Shown here piece by piece: positions 1 through 14,512 of a stretch of 64,000 bases of DNA; the stretch's first letter is position 1; the number at the start of each line of letters is the position of its first letter. Below the pieces are notes generated by a model. It was not told the DNA's origin and searched no databases. It saw only the letters and a program-made list of their open reading frames with translations. The translations under genes and the position numbers were made by a program. The stretch is from the NCBI GenBank assembly GCA_040357565.1, contig JBDODJ010000061.1, one strand, 5' to 3'. Source of the DNA: Cercozoa sp. M6MM. Taxonomy: Eukaryota; Protista; Endomyxa: Ascetosporea.

Positions 1-121
1 CCCCCCCCCCCCCGTTTACCCCCTCGCTGTTTCCCCCTGCTTAACCCTTGTTTATTTACCCCCCTGTTTACCCCCGTTTATTCCCCTGTTTACCCGCCTG
101 TTTACCCCTACCCATCTGTAG

Positions 122-2244
122 ATGTACGCGGTGAGTGCTCCCGATGCCGACGGAAAGAACCGCGTCTGCACGCGTATCGCCACCTTCTTCGGTCCCGAGG
201 ACTCTGTGTTCGCGCTGCCTGGTGGTACTTTTACCCTTTCTTTTAGCTCTCCTTTTACGCCCTACCCCCTTTCATTCTCTTTTACCCGTGCAGAGCGCAA
301 TGTGGTGTCGATTGCGCCGAGTCAGTCGCACTGGGCGCTGCTGGACTCGGAGGGTGAGGTCTGGTCGCGCGGCAACAACATGGTTTTCCCCCTTTTATCC
401 TTTTATCCCCCTCCCCTTTTACTCCCTCTTTTACCCTCCCTTTGTACCCCCTTACTTTCTCTTATCTTTCTTCGCAGTACGGTCAGTGCATGGGCGGCAG
501 CGACGACGACGCGCATTACACAGAAAGTCTGTCCTCCATCCAGCCGGTACAGTCTGTGTTTGTTTAAGGGGGTGTATTACACATCCTTTATGTGCATGAA
601 TTAAACTGCACAGAAGGAGGAGAAAAAACAGAGGAAACCTTCGATTTTTGACGAACTCGACGAAGATGACAATTCCGACTCACTGGTGGTCGGTGTATCT
701 TTACCCCCTCCCCCTTACCCGACCCGTTACTCTTCTATCCCTATTATTCTACCCCCGTTTATCTCGCCCCGTTTCCTAAACAGACGTCAGGATCCAGTAG
801 TACAGGCATCGACCTCATGATCATGAATATGCTCAATGTGAGCGACACCTTCCGGCGTTCTGTCGATACTGTATTCCTCCTTTGTCCTTTTACCTCCCTT
901 TACCTCTCTTTTCCCTCTACCCTCCACTTGACCCTCCGCTTTACCCTCCACTTGACCCTTTGCTTTACCCTCCGCTTGACCCTCCGATTTACCCTCCACT
1001 TTCCCCCTCCCTTGCTGTTTTCCCCTACCGATTTTATATTATGCCCCCGTTTACCCCTACCCCTATCTTCTTGGTCCCCAGGAAGCGGCACGCAGCGGCG
1101 ACACGTTGTCACACAAGGTGGTCCAGGTGTGCAGCACGATGCGCAACACGCTGGTACGCACGTCGGACGGTCGCATCTGGAGCTGCGGCTGGGGTCCCGG
1201 CATGCTCAACGGCGATCGTAACTTTAATGTTCTTGGGATCTGTTCAGGGTCAGCCCATATGTACTGTGTACGTATGGACACATTGTAGCCGATGTCATGG
1301 CACATCAGATTCAGCCTGCACTGGTAGACTGCGTGTTTTTTCTGTGTCCCTCTGGTTTACCCCCCCCCCCCAGATCCGCGCGGTGGGAGGACCCGAGGAC
1401 CCTGTGGAACAACTCGCCACCGGCACCTATCACGCCGTGGCACGGACACGCGGAGGTACGTCTTGTGGCGTACTCTTAAATAAATAGCTCCCTTAAATAT
1501 TTCTCCTGTGCGTGGACAGGCAAGGTGTACACTTGGGGTCTCAACTACGCTGCTCAGCTCGGACAGCCACGGTCGCGTGCGCTGCTGTGGTGGCGGGAAC
1601 GGATTGAGGTGTGCTTTACCCCCTGCCCTCCCCCACCCCCTTCCCCCCCCCCCCCCGGCCATGAGGAAGGAGATGGATCAAAAGTTTGGCGAGGCCGGTC
1701 TGAAAGGCCGAGGCAAGAACCTGTACGAACTGGACGAGGTGGGAAAGGCTGTCTCTCTATGCCTTAACCAAAATGCGTGAAACTCTTAAGTGTGCGTAGA
1801 GTCAGCGATCGGAAATGTTCTCGACTCCGCCGGGTGAAGTTCATTTTGCTTTCCCTGGTATCGTCCTTTTATTTTTTTATTTTATTTTCTTTTTGGCTAA
1901 TGCTATGTCCCGTCGTGCTTCTCAGATGGCCTGCGTCCTGCCCGTGTTTTCGCCGGCTTCCACAGGTACCTTTGCATAAAACATCGATCATGTTGTGTCC
2001 TTGGCATTTTCTGCTCCTGTCAGGACCGGCATTCTGCTGGATGACAAGCAAACCTTGTACATTTTCGGTGCTCAAAAGGGCCCGTCCGAGGTACATTGTC
2101 GCCCGTCTCACTTGAGCCAAGCTTACTGCTGCCGATATGTAGGTGATCCAACCGTCGCGTCTGCGGCTGCCGGCGCGTGTACTCGACGTCAGCTTTGGTG
2201 AAGCTCACGCCCTCGTGCTGACGGAGGAAGCACAAGCGGACTAG
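122..2244 (+). CDS. RCC1/BLIP-II beta-propeller repeat protein, multi-exon, 5' part outside window
   Basis: Spliced exons give RCC1-type repeats: VVSIAPSQSHWALLDSEGEVWSRGNN-YGQ, VVQVCSTMRNTLVRTSDGRIWSCGWG, VEQLATGTYHAVARTRG-GKVYTWGLNYAAQLG, VLDVSFGEAHALVLT. Stop TAG at 2242-2244. Confidence 0.8.
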
Positions 2245-2437
2245 GAGTGTCCAACGACCTTCTCGGATTTTATCCGCTAAATAAAACACAATTCCGATAG
2301 TACACGCAGTTCGGTAGCTCCTTCTAGAGCATCAGCCATCAGTCGCTGTAGAATTTTGTTAAGAGTGCGGGCACAACCGTTGTTTTGAATCACGGCGCGC
2401 AGCACTGTGGTGTGCCGGTGCGTGGCAATCTAACAAG

Positions 2438-4051
2438 ATGATGTACGAAGCCAAGCATGCATTGTTATCGGCTCTGACCGAGACTCTGAAGCCACTGCGC
2501 GAGACGCAGGTGGGAGCATGTGTCACTGAGGCCTTCGCTCCATTTCCTCTCGTGGCAGAGACGTACCTCCTCCTTCTCCCGTTGCTACATAACGGCACTG
2601 TAGTTCTTCTGTGATGATTGTAACGCAGATGGCATGTAACTCTGCTCGGGATCATCGCAGCACAGATCGTGGTACCCCGTCGTGTTGTGAGTGATCAGGA
2701 CTGGCAACCTTGTCATGTTGTCTGCCGGTGCAGTACATGATCGCGCGGCGTGCACTGCCGGTGCCACGTGCACTGATGCAGAAGCAGTCGCTGGATGCGC
2801 GCACGGCCACTGGCGATGTCGGCAACGGCGTTGTGGCTGTTCTTCATGTACTGTTGTTCATGTGCCCAAGGTTGTCCTCCTGATGTGGCCTCTCCTAGTT
2901 CACCACCATGCTTTGCTTGCGTGCAGGCCCTTGTAGTGGGTGTCGGTGCTGCTTTGGTCAAGTACTACCCGGCAGAGGAGGTGCGAGCATGGACACCGGC
3001 CAATGCTTTTGTGACCGACGCCGAGTTGCTACCGCTGGTGGCAACGTCACTCGCCTATTTTATTTGTACACGAATTCTGAATGATGTGTTTTTTTTGTAA
3101 CATACCTATGGTACGCGCAGGGGACACACTGTGGATGTGCACTCACCGACACGTCGATAACATGCGCGTTTGGGTATGACTTGCAAGTATGCCCCCCCCC
3201 CCCCCCCGTGTATCAATGGTATGTGCAGATGGCACACCACATCGCCGCACTGATGTGTTTCTCGGCACTGATGGTTCCGTTCGGACACCGACCGTTCGGC
3301 GTCGGCGGTCTCATGATGTAGCATGAGTTTTCTTCTGTGTGCTTTCACCCTGAGTGATACACCCTGAGTGATACACCCTGATGATACACCCTGAGTTATC
3401 TTTGAGCAGGGAACTCTCGGGTCCCTTTATGAATGGCCTGATCCAACTGGAAAACTACGGCCACGGCGAGGTCCATCCTGGCGCGGGCGTACCTTGTTTC
3501 AGTCTCAGTCTCAGTCAACTTGTTTGCAGTGTCTGTCAGTGTTATGATACGTGTTGTATTCCAGAACGAGCACGTCGAGCCGAGTGCCATGGGCAAGGCC
3601 GTCTACCTGTTCACACAGCTGTGCTTTGTGATCACCTTCATGTACGCGCGCATCTTTGCGTGGTTGCCGCCGCTCTTCACTGGACTGCGTGATGTTGCCC
3701 TGCCGTGGCTGCATGTACCCTGTTTACCTTTACCCTTTCTATTATCTCCCATCCCAACCGTAAATCCAGGCTCTGTTCGTGGAGCACAATCACGAGGTGC
3801 TCAAGCACTTGCCCGTGTCTATTGGTACGGCGCAGTGGGCCTCACTCGCGCTGTACTTGCCGACACTTTTCTTGACTGCCCTGCAGAGTACCTCCCTCTA
3901 TACCGACACCTCGTTATTTGATATACTGGGTCGTATGTGGCGTGCTTGGGCAGTCTTCTGGGCCGGCCAGATCGTGATTGCCATTCTTCGTGTGGTCGGT
4001 GTGCTACCGTCGCCTGCCAAACCTGAGAAGAACGACGATAAGCGCGACTAA
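2438..4051 (+). CDS. TLC (TRAM/LAG1/CLN8) domain multi-pass membrane protein, multi-exon
   Basis: Hydrophobic exons with TLC hallmarks MAHHIAAL, ELSGPFMN and FVITFMYARI. Stop TAA at 4049-4051. Start codon approximate. Confidence 0.7.
3346..3396. repeat. 14-bp tandem repeat (CACCCTGAGTGATA, ~3.5 copies) inside a TLC-gene intron
   Basis: Read directly from the sequence. Confidence 0.85.
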
Positions 4052-4413
4052 TTTATCTGAGTAGATCGGTGCGCCATTGCCGCATTATTGTTTCCATTTG
4101 TCGCGTCACGCGCGATTCTGAACCTAGTGCTTGAAAGTACAGTATGTCATCTGGTTATTAGAGGACAGTCGCCCGTTGCGTTGTACTTCAGCTTTGTCCA
4201 AAAATACGAAATTTGACTTGGCGGTTTCTCGTAGCCACAGGTAGCCACGCGATGCTGGAGAAAGTTCCAGAGCTCCGGAGCGAGAGATTCACCATTCTTT
4301 TGTCATTTTTGCGTTGACACGAGTTCAGAGACACACGTCCGACCCTCAGCTAGCAACAACCTTCGTTTGTGCCCAATCGAGTCAAATTTGTGACCACCCG
4401 GAACAGCCACAAC

Positions 4414-5328
<915 letters not shown>

Positions 5329-5624
5329 ACTGACCGCAGCCCAGATAGCACCCTCGCTTTAAGGAAATACTAACTAAAAGAGCAATCAGAGTCATCCCGG
5401 TGAGAAGAATGTCACTGTTAGCATCGGTCATTCTACTCGACTCGGCTGACTACTTGCTCCATGTCCGTCAAGCCAAAACAAGGTGGTAACTTAACAACTG
5501 AGTTTTGCCAAGCTTCTTGTGTTTGTAGCCCTCTTTCCTGATATCAGGTACCTCAAAAGATATTGAGCTTGTTGACACCAATAGTGACTGACATACTCAT
5601 CTTGAGCAGCAAGAGGGTTTTGTA

Positions 5625-5840
5625 GGGTATGGCGGGGTTTCAAGGCAAAATTAGAATCAAATCGAGAGGCTAAGGGGGTCGGGGGTATAAGGGGGTAAGG
5701 GGGTAGTGGGGGTAGGGGTTAGTGGTTAGGGGTTAGGGAGCAAAGGGTTAAAGAGGAAAGACGGGTAAGGCGGGTTCAGGGGTTAAGCGGGTAGATATTT
5801 TGGGGGGTTCGGTCTTGCCTCGAAAAACCCCGCCATACCC
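5625..5840. mobile_element. MITE-like non-autonomous DNA element with ~26-bp TIRs, imperfect 8-9 bp TSD and G-rich interior
   Basis: Left end GGGTATGGCGGGGTTTCAAGGCAA matches the reverse complement of the right end, GGGTATGGCGGGGTTTTTCGAGGCAA (16 bp perfect, then a 2-nt indel). Flanks are GTTTTGTA (5617-5624) and GGTTTGTA (5841-5848). Confidence 0.75.
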
Positions 5841-6095
5841 GGTTTGTATGTTGAGTTCTTCGATCATACCCCTTTGCCTACTCAGCATAACGACGGCCGA
5901 CCTTGCGTTGGGGAACTCCTTCCTTCCGATATCTTTCAGTTTACTTATTGAGACGTCGAACGAACACTAATTTAAACAACCTTACATTCTTACTTTTCTT
6001 TAGTCGTTGTTCACTAAGATTTGCATTTGGCAATCGAATCTCGCAACAGAATTATTCATTACAACACGTACTGCACCGCACCCACCGTGGCACGA

Positions 6096-6597
6096 CTACT
6101 GCAGATGACGAAGTAAGGCACGGCGAAGCATCGCGCTAATGCCAGTCAGTTCCGTAACGTCGTGGTATGGGCGCTAAAACACAACAACAGCGAATGGTGT
6201 CAATACGAGGCATTGATAATACACAACGGTACCCACATAGTGTCCGACTTGTCTATGCACAAAAGCACTCACATAACGTCCACATACACATGACAAGGTG
6301 AAAGTACTGTAGGGAACTGTACTTTGAGTTGCGAGAAAATGCAGTGCTAGAGTTATAAGACCGCCAAAATCGACGCTGAGTAGCCACTCCAGCAGCTCAC
6401 CGACCACATCCACATTGGCTGCATAAAGTGGCGACGCCGGCGACGTCATCCACTGCGCGATCTCCGAAGCAACTCCATCAATCTACCAATACCAAAGTGA
6501 ACACACTTACACACTTACACACTTACACACTTACATTTACACACTTACGCACTTACACTTGCACTTACACTTACACTTACACTTAGACACACACATA

Positions 6598-6662
<65 letters not shown>

Positions 6663-9500
6663 ACGATACAATCACACAAACATGCAGGTAGGCAAGCAGG
6701 CAGACAAAAAAAAACTCACCTGCCGTTCAAAGAGCTGCTGCGCTGTCCACTCTTGGCCGTCTCGTGCGATAACACATAGAACCGCGGTGCCCCGGAGTGA
6801 GTCGAGCGCAGCTTCTTCGCAGGTGTATCGAACCAAGTAGACGTGCCCCGGACTGCAGCCTCTGGCGACCGCCTGGCGACATGCGGTGTACTGTCGTGAC
6901 CGCGACCTAAACACAGTCTCAACAATCGCACAAGAAATCATTTTATAAACCCAGAACGTGAAAACACAACTTACAGCGCGATCAGTAATGACTTGAAGTA
7001 CAAATGGTCATTGTTGTAGACTGAAGTTGGCATAACTGACGCGTCCACCAGGCTCTCCTGCGCACAAAGACAGTCACCCAACAACACTCAAGGGTCCAAA
7101 CGTTGAGCCATGGCGGTACCGTGAATGTCGTCCACCTGCGGTAGCTTGTAAGCTTGACGACCGCAAACGGCGGCCTCATTTCGGCAGCGAGACGCCTTTA
7201 ATAGGAAATTCACGGACACTTCGGAGTGAATCAATGTAAATACACGGAAGAAAGGCACCTGGCAATTCGAATTTCCGTGTGTGCATGCACATGGAACCTC
7301 ATTTTTCGCAAGGACCCGGACTCGCGCAGCCAGCAGCTGTGACAATGCCGGTCAGCTGGGTGTCCGTTCGGTGACCGACCCTGTCGTAGCAGCCAAAAAC
7401 GTCGGTGGTGTCGCAGCACGTCGAGAGCCGCCTGTGTACAAATTTACCCAGTACCAACGCAACGGTACTACTCGAGAAGTCTCGAATACCATCGAAAGCA
7501 CCGAAACTGTATCAACGTGGCGACCAACAGCTACAGCATTGGCCATTTTAAAGAGCACAAATTAAGGACAAGATGGTGCCAGGTACTCTGAGAGAGTGCA
7601 GGGCTTCTCTCACGCCGCAGCTCCTGCAACATTCGTCGCACGGACTCCCAGTCGCGCAGTGAAGGCGCCAATGGCAGTGCGCACAACAGTTTGTTCACTG
7701 TTTCCACGAAGGTGTTCTCGGATACTTGCAACTACGGCACACTTATACACAGCCACACACACACACACACACACACACAAGCAAAAGGCTAAACAAAGGT
7801 ACGTTGTAAAGCCCTAATCGACCCGTGGTCGATCCCTACAGGAAACAAAGCCACACACATACACACACATACACACGTGTAAATACACACACACACACAC
7901 GCACACGCAAGCACACATCAGCTACCTGAATTGACATCACCGCGTGAGTACGACGCAAGGAATAGTCAGCGATCTCCCGCAGCAACTGGCGATACACTGC
8001 GCCGCTGTGACGATTGCTGCGCGTGTGCGTGAATATGCAGAGAAGATAGGACACACACTAACAATACAGAAAGGTGGATACACGAGGCGCGACACATGAG
8101 GCGACACCACCGCTTCGTACAGACGATCCCGCTCGTCTAACTCGGCTTGTGTGCATAGGTCCAGATGTCTTCGAAATGCAGTGCACTTACGTACAGACAC
8201 ACGTACACAGACTCATGCATGTATATAAAGACTCGAGAGTGCCAACACACCAAGTTGCACTCCTCGAGGAGCATACGCGCATACTCGCGATAGGTTGTTT
8301 CGCAGGCTGCTTTGTCGTGCAGGTAAATATTGAATTGCCATTTGTAGTGCTGGGACACATCAACAACGTAAATCAACAGAGACTGGGATAGAGACCACAG
8401 GAAAACACCAGAAGCGTGTACCGCAAGGCTTTGCAGACTCAGCGTGTGCAACTCCTCCAACTGCGCCTCAACCATCGCGTGTTGCACTCGTCTCTATTGA
8501 TCAACACAATTCGCAAAGTAGAAAACAAATTAAAAGACACGTCAATACCTGATTTAAGACGATTTTGTTGTGCTTTAGCTCTCGCATGACTGAAGCGTAC
8601 CAATGACACGATGTCATAGGCGACAGCAAGCGATAAGTGCGCTTCAGCGGCTCTAATCGCAACGATTTTTGCAAAGTAGCGGTATCCGTGACGCCTGCGC
8701 GCAGCTGTGCCACCAGCAGTCGCAGGTGTCTGCTTTCTGCAACCTAAAGAGACAGGCTATCAACAAAGAAAGAATGGACATCAAGCAAATAAAATACCCA
8801 CACGTCGGCGTCGTCGCACAGCTGCGACACATCCAGTGCGCGCAGTATCTGAACCAGCCGCTCGCAATGTTCGACAGTGAAGGGTGTCCTTGGATGAATA
8901 ACGGTTCCACACTGACCGCTCCTTATTCATGGCTAGAAGGTTCGATACCTTTTACAAACCGTGCCTTTTGTAATAATGCGCACATGTAGACGAGGGATGC
9001 GCAGCACCCTACAAGTTGCAGATCAAATAGCATCGTAAATTAAGAACAGAGGGTGAAGATTACCGCGCAGTGAGTGATTCTAGCATCGTGTAGACGTGGA
9101 GTTGGTCCAGCAGAGAGGTCGCATCGGTCAGAAGTCGGTCTATGACGACAATCAACAGTTTCTGCAGTGCAGCATATGTTTCTTGTTTGACTGCACACGT
9201 CGTGTCTGCTGGGTCCTTCAGCGTACGTAGAAACCTCTTCGGTAGGCAACGGTTCGAGGAAGACCGCCAGAAACTTAGGCGCGCAGACAGTTGCGGTAGC
9301 AGGCGGGTACACAACGTCGAGGTTTTGGACCTGTTGGACAAAAAAATCCACCAAGGGAGGCAAAAATGGATGCAACAAGCGAGCTCACAGTTCTCCCTTC
9401 AAGAAGCCGACTGGCGTTGTGCCGATCTCTTTCCACAACGCACGAAAGTCATCCATTTTCTCGTGTACACTTACTTAAAGGACATCCCATCAATGGGAAT
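6096..9500 (-). CDS. Hypothetical multi-exon protein, helical-repeat-like; boundaries approximate
   Basis: Series of open, amphipathic exons on the minus strand bounded by GT/AG, e.g. QETYAALQKLLIVVIDRLL, VSENTFVETVNKLLCALP, VDVVGELLEWLLSVDF. No family recognised. Confidence 0.5.
6502..6660. repeat. (ACACTTAC)n grading into (AC)n microsatellite, intronic
   Basis: Read directly from the sequence. Confidence 0.9.
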
Positions 9501-9678
9501 CCTTCCATATGGAGTACTGTATCGATAGCCGTCGGGTAAAAATAGTGAGCCGATACATTGTCGCTCTTCACTGACCATTGACGGTTTTATTGAGTGGATC
9601 GATCCTCAGAATACAAGACGGGAAAGCACTGTCAGATGAAGTCCAGTCCGCTGGAACGGACTCAAATTAACTCAAAAA

Positions 9679-12244
9679 ATGGTGTCCGCACACCGTAAGC
9701 GCCTGCTTGCGCGCGTAGGTTTTATTTCGTTTTTTGTGTTCTTTGCGTTGCGCAACGGACGCGACGCGTTGAGCGCCTTCTGGGACATGGGCGCCGCGTT
9801 GAAGCGTAGATTGTGTTCTTGACTTTCAGAGTGCGATCTTGGGAATCTCTAGTTGTTCTCTGTGTTTTGTGTAGACAAGTTCGACATTGTGTTTGGCGCC
9901 GCCGTGTTTGGACAGGCGCCTCAGTACCTCGATCTGGAGATGCACACGGAAGCCCTATCGAAGGTGGTGGTGTCACCACCAGTGGCACAGCTGCCGTTTC
10001 TTGGCGTCAGTGACGGCAAAAACAACAATAACAGGAGAAACAACAAGAGGAGTAACGTTGATGACGGTGGCGACTCGTTGCAGCTTCACGCTCTGAGTAC
10101 CGATCAGGCCAAGTTCTTGTTGAATAGGTAGCTTTACCCCCCCCCACCCTTATCACTTACCTCCTTTACTCTCTAACTATTACCCTTTTTATCGTCTTTA
10201 CTTCCCCTTACCCCTCGTAGCGAAGGCGGCGTGCTGCCGCGTGGCGTGAGTTTCGTCTCGCTGATTGGCGGTTTCCTCAAGCGGCAGATCTTCTGGCAGG
10301 GCGCCTCGGCCGACGCACAGCTGCTGCGACGCTTCGTGCGCGAGGTCAGCGAGGTGTCTTACCCCTGTTTACACCTCCTCCTACATACCCCCATTTTAAC
10401 CCCCATTTTACCCCATTTTTTTCCCCTGTTATACCCCTATTTTACCTTTATTTAACCCTTCTTTATCGCTCTATTATGCCCCTATTTACCCCCTATTTAC
10501 ACCTCCTATTCAACTTTCTATTACTTCCCAATTTGCCACCCGTATACCCTGTATTAACCCCCTTACATCACTATTACTCCCTATTTACCATCCCCCATCT
10601 ACCCCTTCCCCATATCCCCCATAAGGTGGCGTCGGGCAGCAGGAGTGCGACGGAGGAGTTGTCGGAGGTGCGCAAGGCGGCATCACTCGCGGCCGACGAG
10701 AGCGGCAACTCGGCGAGCGTTGTGCTTGACACGTTTCCTTCCAGCGACAGTCGGATACTCCAGGTACGAGTGGTTTGGACGGACTGTTTGGACAGTGGTT
10801 TGGACGGGGGATGAACGGGTGGGTTGGACTGGTTAAGGGTGCGTTGAAACACAGATGGTGCAGAGTGTGAGCGACGGACGTCTCGATCTGCGCGTGTTCG
10901 AGGTCGAACTGCGGTCGCAGTGGAATCTCTTCAACGTTGGCGTGCTCATCACGGCGCACCTCGCGTTTCCCGAGTGGTGCGTGTGTCTTACCTCCTTTAC
11001 CTCCCTTTTACTCCTCTTTACACTCTCCATTTCCCCCCATTTTACCCTTCCCCCCATTTTACCCCTTTTTGCTCCTCTTTACATCCTTGACCTTCGCTTA
11101 TTTATTACGTTTATTACCTTTAACCCCCTCAGGCTAGCGACGTTGTTGGAGTGGACGCTGCCGCACTCGACGGTTTCTGTGGCCACTCCAGTGGAGTCGC
11201 GACGGTGTCGATCACTCACTCAGTGTAAGTGTGTGTACGTGTGTGTGTGTGTGTGTGTGTGGTGCCACGTGCCACGACTGGACTGGACGCATGTGTCTGT
11301 GTGTGTGACGGTGACAGGGATCAGTGAGCACGTGCTGGTGCCGACAGAGGGCGACGGTGTGTACCACTACCTGGACACGTCGGCATCTAGCGTCGAGTGG
11401 GCACGTGCCACCTTGATACCGCGCACGTGCCACGTGCTGCTGCACTCGCCGGCGACGGAGCTGACGCACGTGACACCGTCGTGGTCACTCGACGTCAGTG
11501 GCAATCTGTGTGCGCACGTGCCACACCGACACAGTGACTCAGACGGTGACACTGATGGTGACTCAGACGGTGACTCGGACGGTGGTGTCACGTGGCAACG
11601 CGACCGACGGCACTGCGTGACGGTGCAACAGGTGCCAGTGACTGCGCAGTCGCGCACGTGGCTGCCACTGGGCGTGCAGCACGTGGCCCCTGTCGGCACT
11701 GACGGCGTGCTGACGATGTCGCACGTGCGCGCACGTGGCCCGTCCTCCGAGTCGCGTGCATGGCTGCGTGTGTACTCGCGAAACGCTTTGCACACCTCGT
11801 TGATGTCGCCGCCGTACTTTACCCCCTTTGACCCTCTCTTACCCACACCTTACCCCCCCCCCCCCGGTGATGTGATGGAGCAGACTGCACGGTCCGCCCA
11901 GTGTGCACGTGGGTGACGGTGCCGTCGGCGTCAGTCTGTCGTCCACGTGCGTCTTGGTGGATGCCAGTGGGCATGTGCGCCGCATCCCTGTGGGTGCGTT
12001 TTCCTTGACCCCTACCCCTTTTTCCCCTACCCTTTACCTCTTTTTATTCCCCTTTTATCTCCCTGTTTTCTTCCCTTTGTTTACCTCCCTGTTTACCCCC
12101 CCCCCCCCCTGTTTGCCTCCTGTTTACCCCCTATACCCCCGTATAGCGGAGATGCTGAGCGAGCACTTGAATGCGACGGTGATGCGACACGTGCGACACT
12201 GCATTCCGAGTCAAACTGGTACCTTCTGTGTGCCTGTGTGTGCT

Positions 12245-12278
<34 letters not shown>

Positions 12279-13055
12279 CGGGATGATACTGCAGACGACA
12301 CACTGATCGTGGTACTGGAGGACGGTTACTTGGTCCAGATGGACGGCGCGTCGGACAGCGTGCGGCGACTGTACCGACTGCCGTCGGAGTGGCAGCACCG
12401 CTCGGTGCGACAGGCGCAGCTGCGGCACTCGTCGCTGCTGCTGCTGTCGCACGACACCTCCAGTATCGTCGTTGATATCGCCACCGATGATACCACTGAC
12501 ACTGATACCACTGACACTGATACCACTGACACTGATACCACTGGCACTGACGGTGACGCTGACACTGATACCACTGACACTGATACCGCTGACACTGATA
12601 CCGCTGACACTGATACCGCTGGCACTGACAATGACACTGACAATGACACTGACGGTGACACGGCGGACAACGTCAGTTGGTCCGAGTGGTTCTCCCTGTC
12701 GATTGACACCTCGCTGAAACTGACCTTTCTGACACTTGCTGTGGCCGTCTTGCTGCACCGCGTACTGCCTGTCCTTCCTTCCCTCCTTCCTTGCACACAT
12801 ACACACACATGCACACACCTGTGCTTGTGCAGAGCTGTACAAGGCGGCGTCAGAGACAAGAACGCGTCCAGCAGCAGGTACCCATTCCGTACTGTATCTG
12901 CATGTGTGTGTGTGTGCATGTGTGTGTGGGTGTGTGTGTCTGTGTGTGTGTGTGTTGTTGTGTTGTGTCTGTGTGTGAAGCTCCTCGAACAAAGGCTCGC
13001 CCAAAGACGACGCCTGCGCCAACGTCGACGTCTGGCACTCGATCGCGAGGGATAG
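9679..13055 (+). CDS. Hypothetical multi-exon protein with a D/T-rich low-complexity tract
   Basis: GC3-rich exons between C-rich or TG-rich GT-AG introns. Starts MVSAHRKRLLAR and ends LLEQRLAQRRRLRQRRRLALDREG*. No family recognised. Confidence 0.6.
12488..12662 (+). repeat. Coding 15-bp minisatellite (ACTGACACTGATACC) encoding TDTDT repeats
   Basis: About 11 degenerate units, in frame within the 9679-13055 gene. Confidence 0.85.
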
Positions 13056-13488
13056 CTAGCTATAGTCTCCTAAATCTGACTCGAAATAGACTCGACTGAG
13101 ATCACGTGAGAGAGGCATTGGGGAATTCTACTGCTGCCCCGACGCGAGAACAAGGGCTGCGTATTTTCGGCGTACTTACGCTGAAAGACGACTCCTCCGA
13201 ATCGGCAATTATGCATGAATTACGCCAAGAATACGCCTCAATTGTGTCGAGATTACGCATGAATCACGTCAATGATACGCCTGCACGTGTGTCTGAGTTT
13301 TTTATTCTAGGCTCGAATGATACAACAGCACGGTGCGCCGACTCGAGAAAGCGCGTTTGCAACTTGGCACAAGTTTGACGGGGAGACCGAGTGGTCGCAG
13401 CGCCTGTCGAATCTCCGCAGCTTACGGCAGACGTGCCTGCTTTGAGTCTAAGCGCAAAGCAGACTCAGAGCAACCGATTCAAAATATC

Positions 13489-13575
13489 TCAACTCAAAGC
13501 AACTCAACTCAAAGCAACTCAACTTGCAACTCAACTCAAAGCAAGTCAAATCCAACCAAAGCAACTCAACTCAAA
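13489..13575. repeat. AACTCAACTCAAAGC satellite (same family as in introns at 31364-31443 and 31567-31675)
   Basis: About 5 degenerate 15-bp units; the reverse complement of the TTGAGTTGAGTTGCTTTGAG tracts in the uS10-like gene. Confidence 0.8.
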
Positions 13576-14165
13576 AAGAAAAACGAACAATCAAAAGCGA
13601 CAGGAATGGTGATGCAAATCGCTCTGTGATTCCACCGTCTGCTTTCAGGGGGGGGGGGGGGGTAAAGGGTAGGGTAAACAGGGGTAACGCGGGATAAACA
13701 GGGGTAAAACGCACTTGCGACACGCGGGACAGCGTAGCCGCGTCGGCGTAACCCGCGTTAAACAGCGTCTGTAGCCCCACTGCCTATTTGTTGTTTTTCT
13801 TGTTGTTTTCTCCGTATTTTCTAGTGCTTTCCCAGTCATGCCAAAATACAAAGAAAAGGCCTTACCGAGCGACCAATCACGGCACTGCCGACAACGGCGT
13901 CCTGCGCCAGCTTTGAACACACGTGCGCCCTGGCGATAAAGGGAAGGTAACCAAAACTGAAGCTGGAATTTCAAACTGGAGACTCGTACTTGTAGCGCGG
14001 ACTTCGGTGTCTGGGGAATGTCAAAAGTTGTATGGTCCTACCCTAAGCGGGCGGTAGACACGGCCTTGCTCTTGTGACCTATCCAGACTGGCGCAGGGTA
14101 ACTACATAGTTGGTTTCCTAGAAGACTCAACTAACATACTAAACTGGAGACTCGATATGCTATAA

Positions 14166-14476
14166 TTAGTAGCGCTCAACAGCAGCACGTTCAGCCAGCA
14201 GACGGCGTTCGGCAGCGTCGGGAGCGTTGGCGATGCGTGCTATCAGGGCACTTGTGGACAGCACGGCTTGTTTCAGGCGCTGCCACACATTCTTTTTTGC
14301 AGGAAAATGAAATGCACGATGCGAACAAGTAAAGTACCAGAGTGTACTCGACATGAGAAAAGTGACTGCTCCGATTCGAGTTGTACAGTCGCACCAGCGT
14401 GCGACATAGCAGCGGCGACAGGTCAAAGTGCCGTTGTAGTGCCTCTACTCGTCATAACAAGCATCACAAAACACAC

Positions 14477-14512
<36 letters not shown>

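Noticed and set aside
1-120. TTTACCCC repeats at the window start as a telomere
   Set aside because: They are degenerate, end in a TAG acceptor right before an RCC1 exon, and are the same kind as internal intron tracts.
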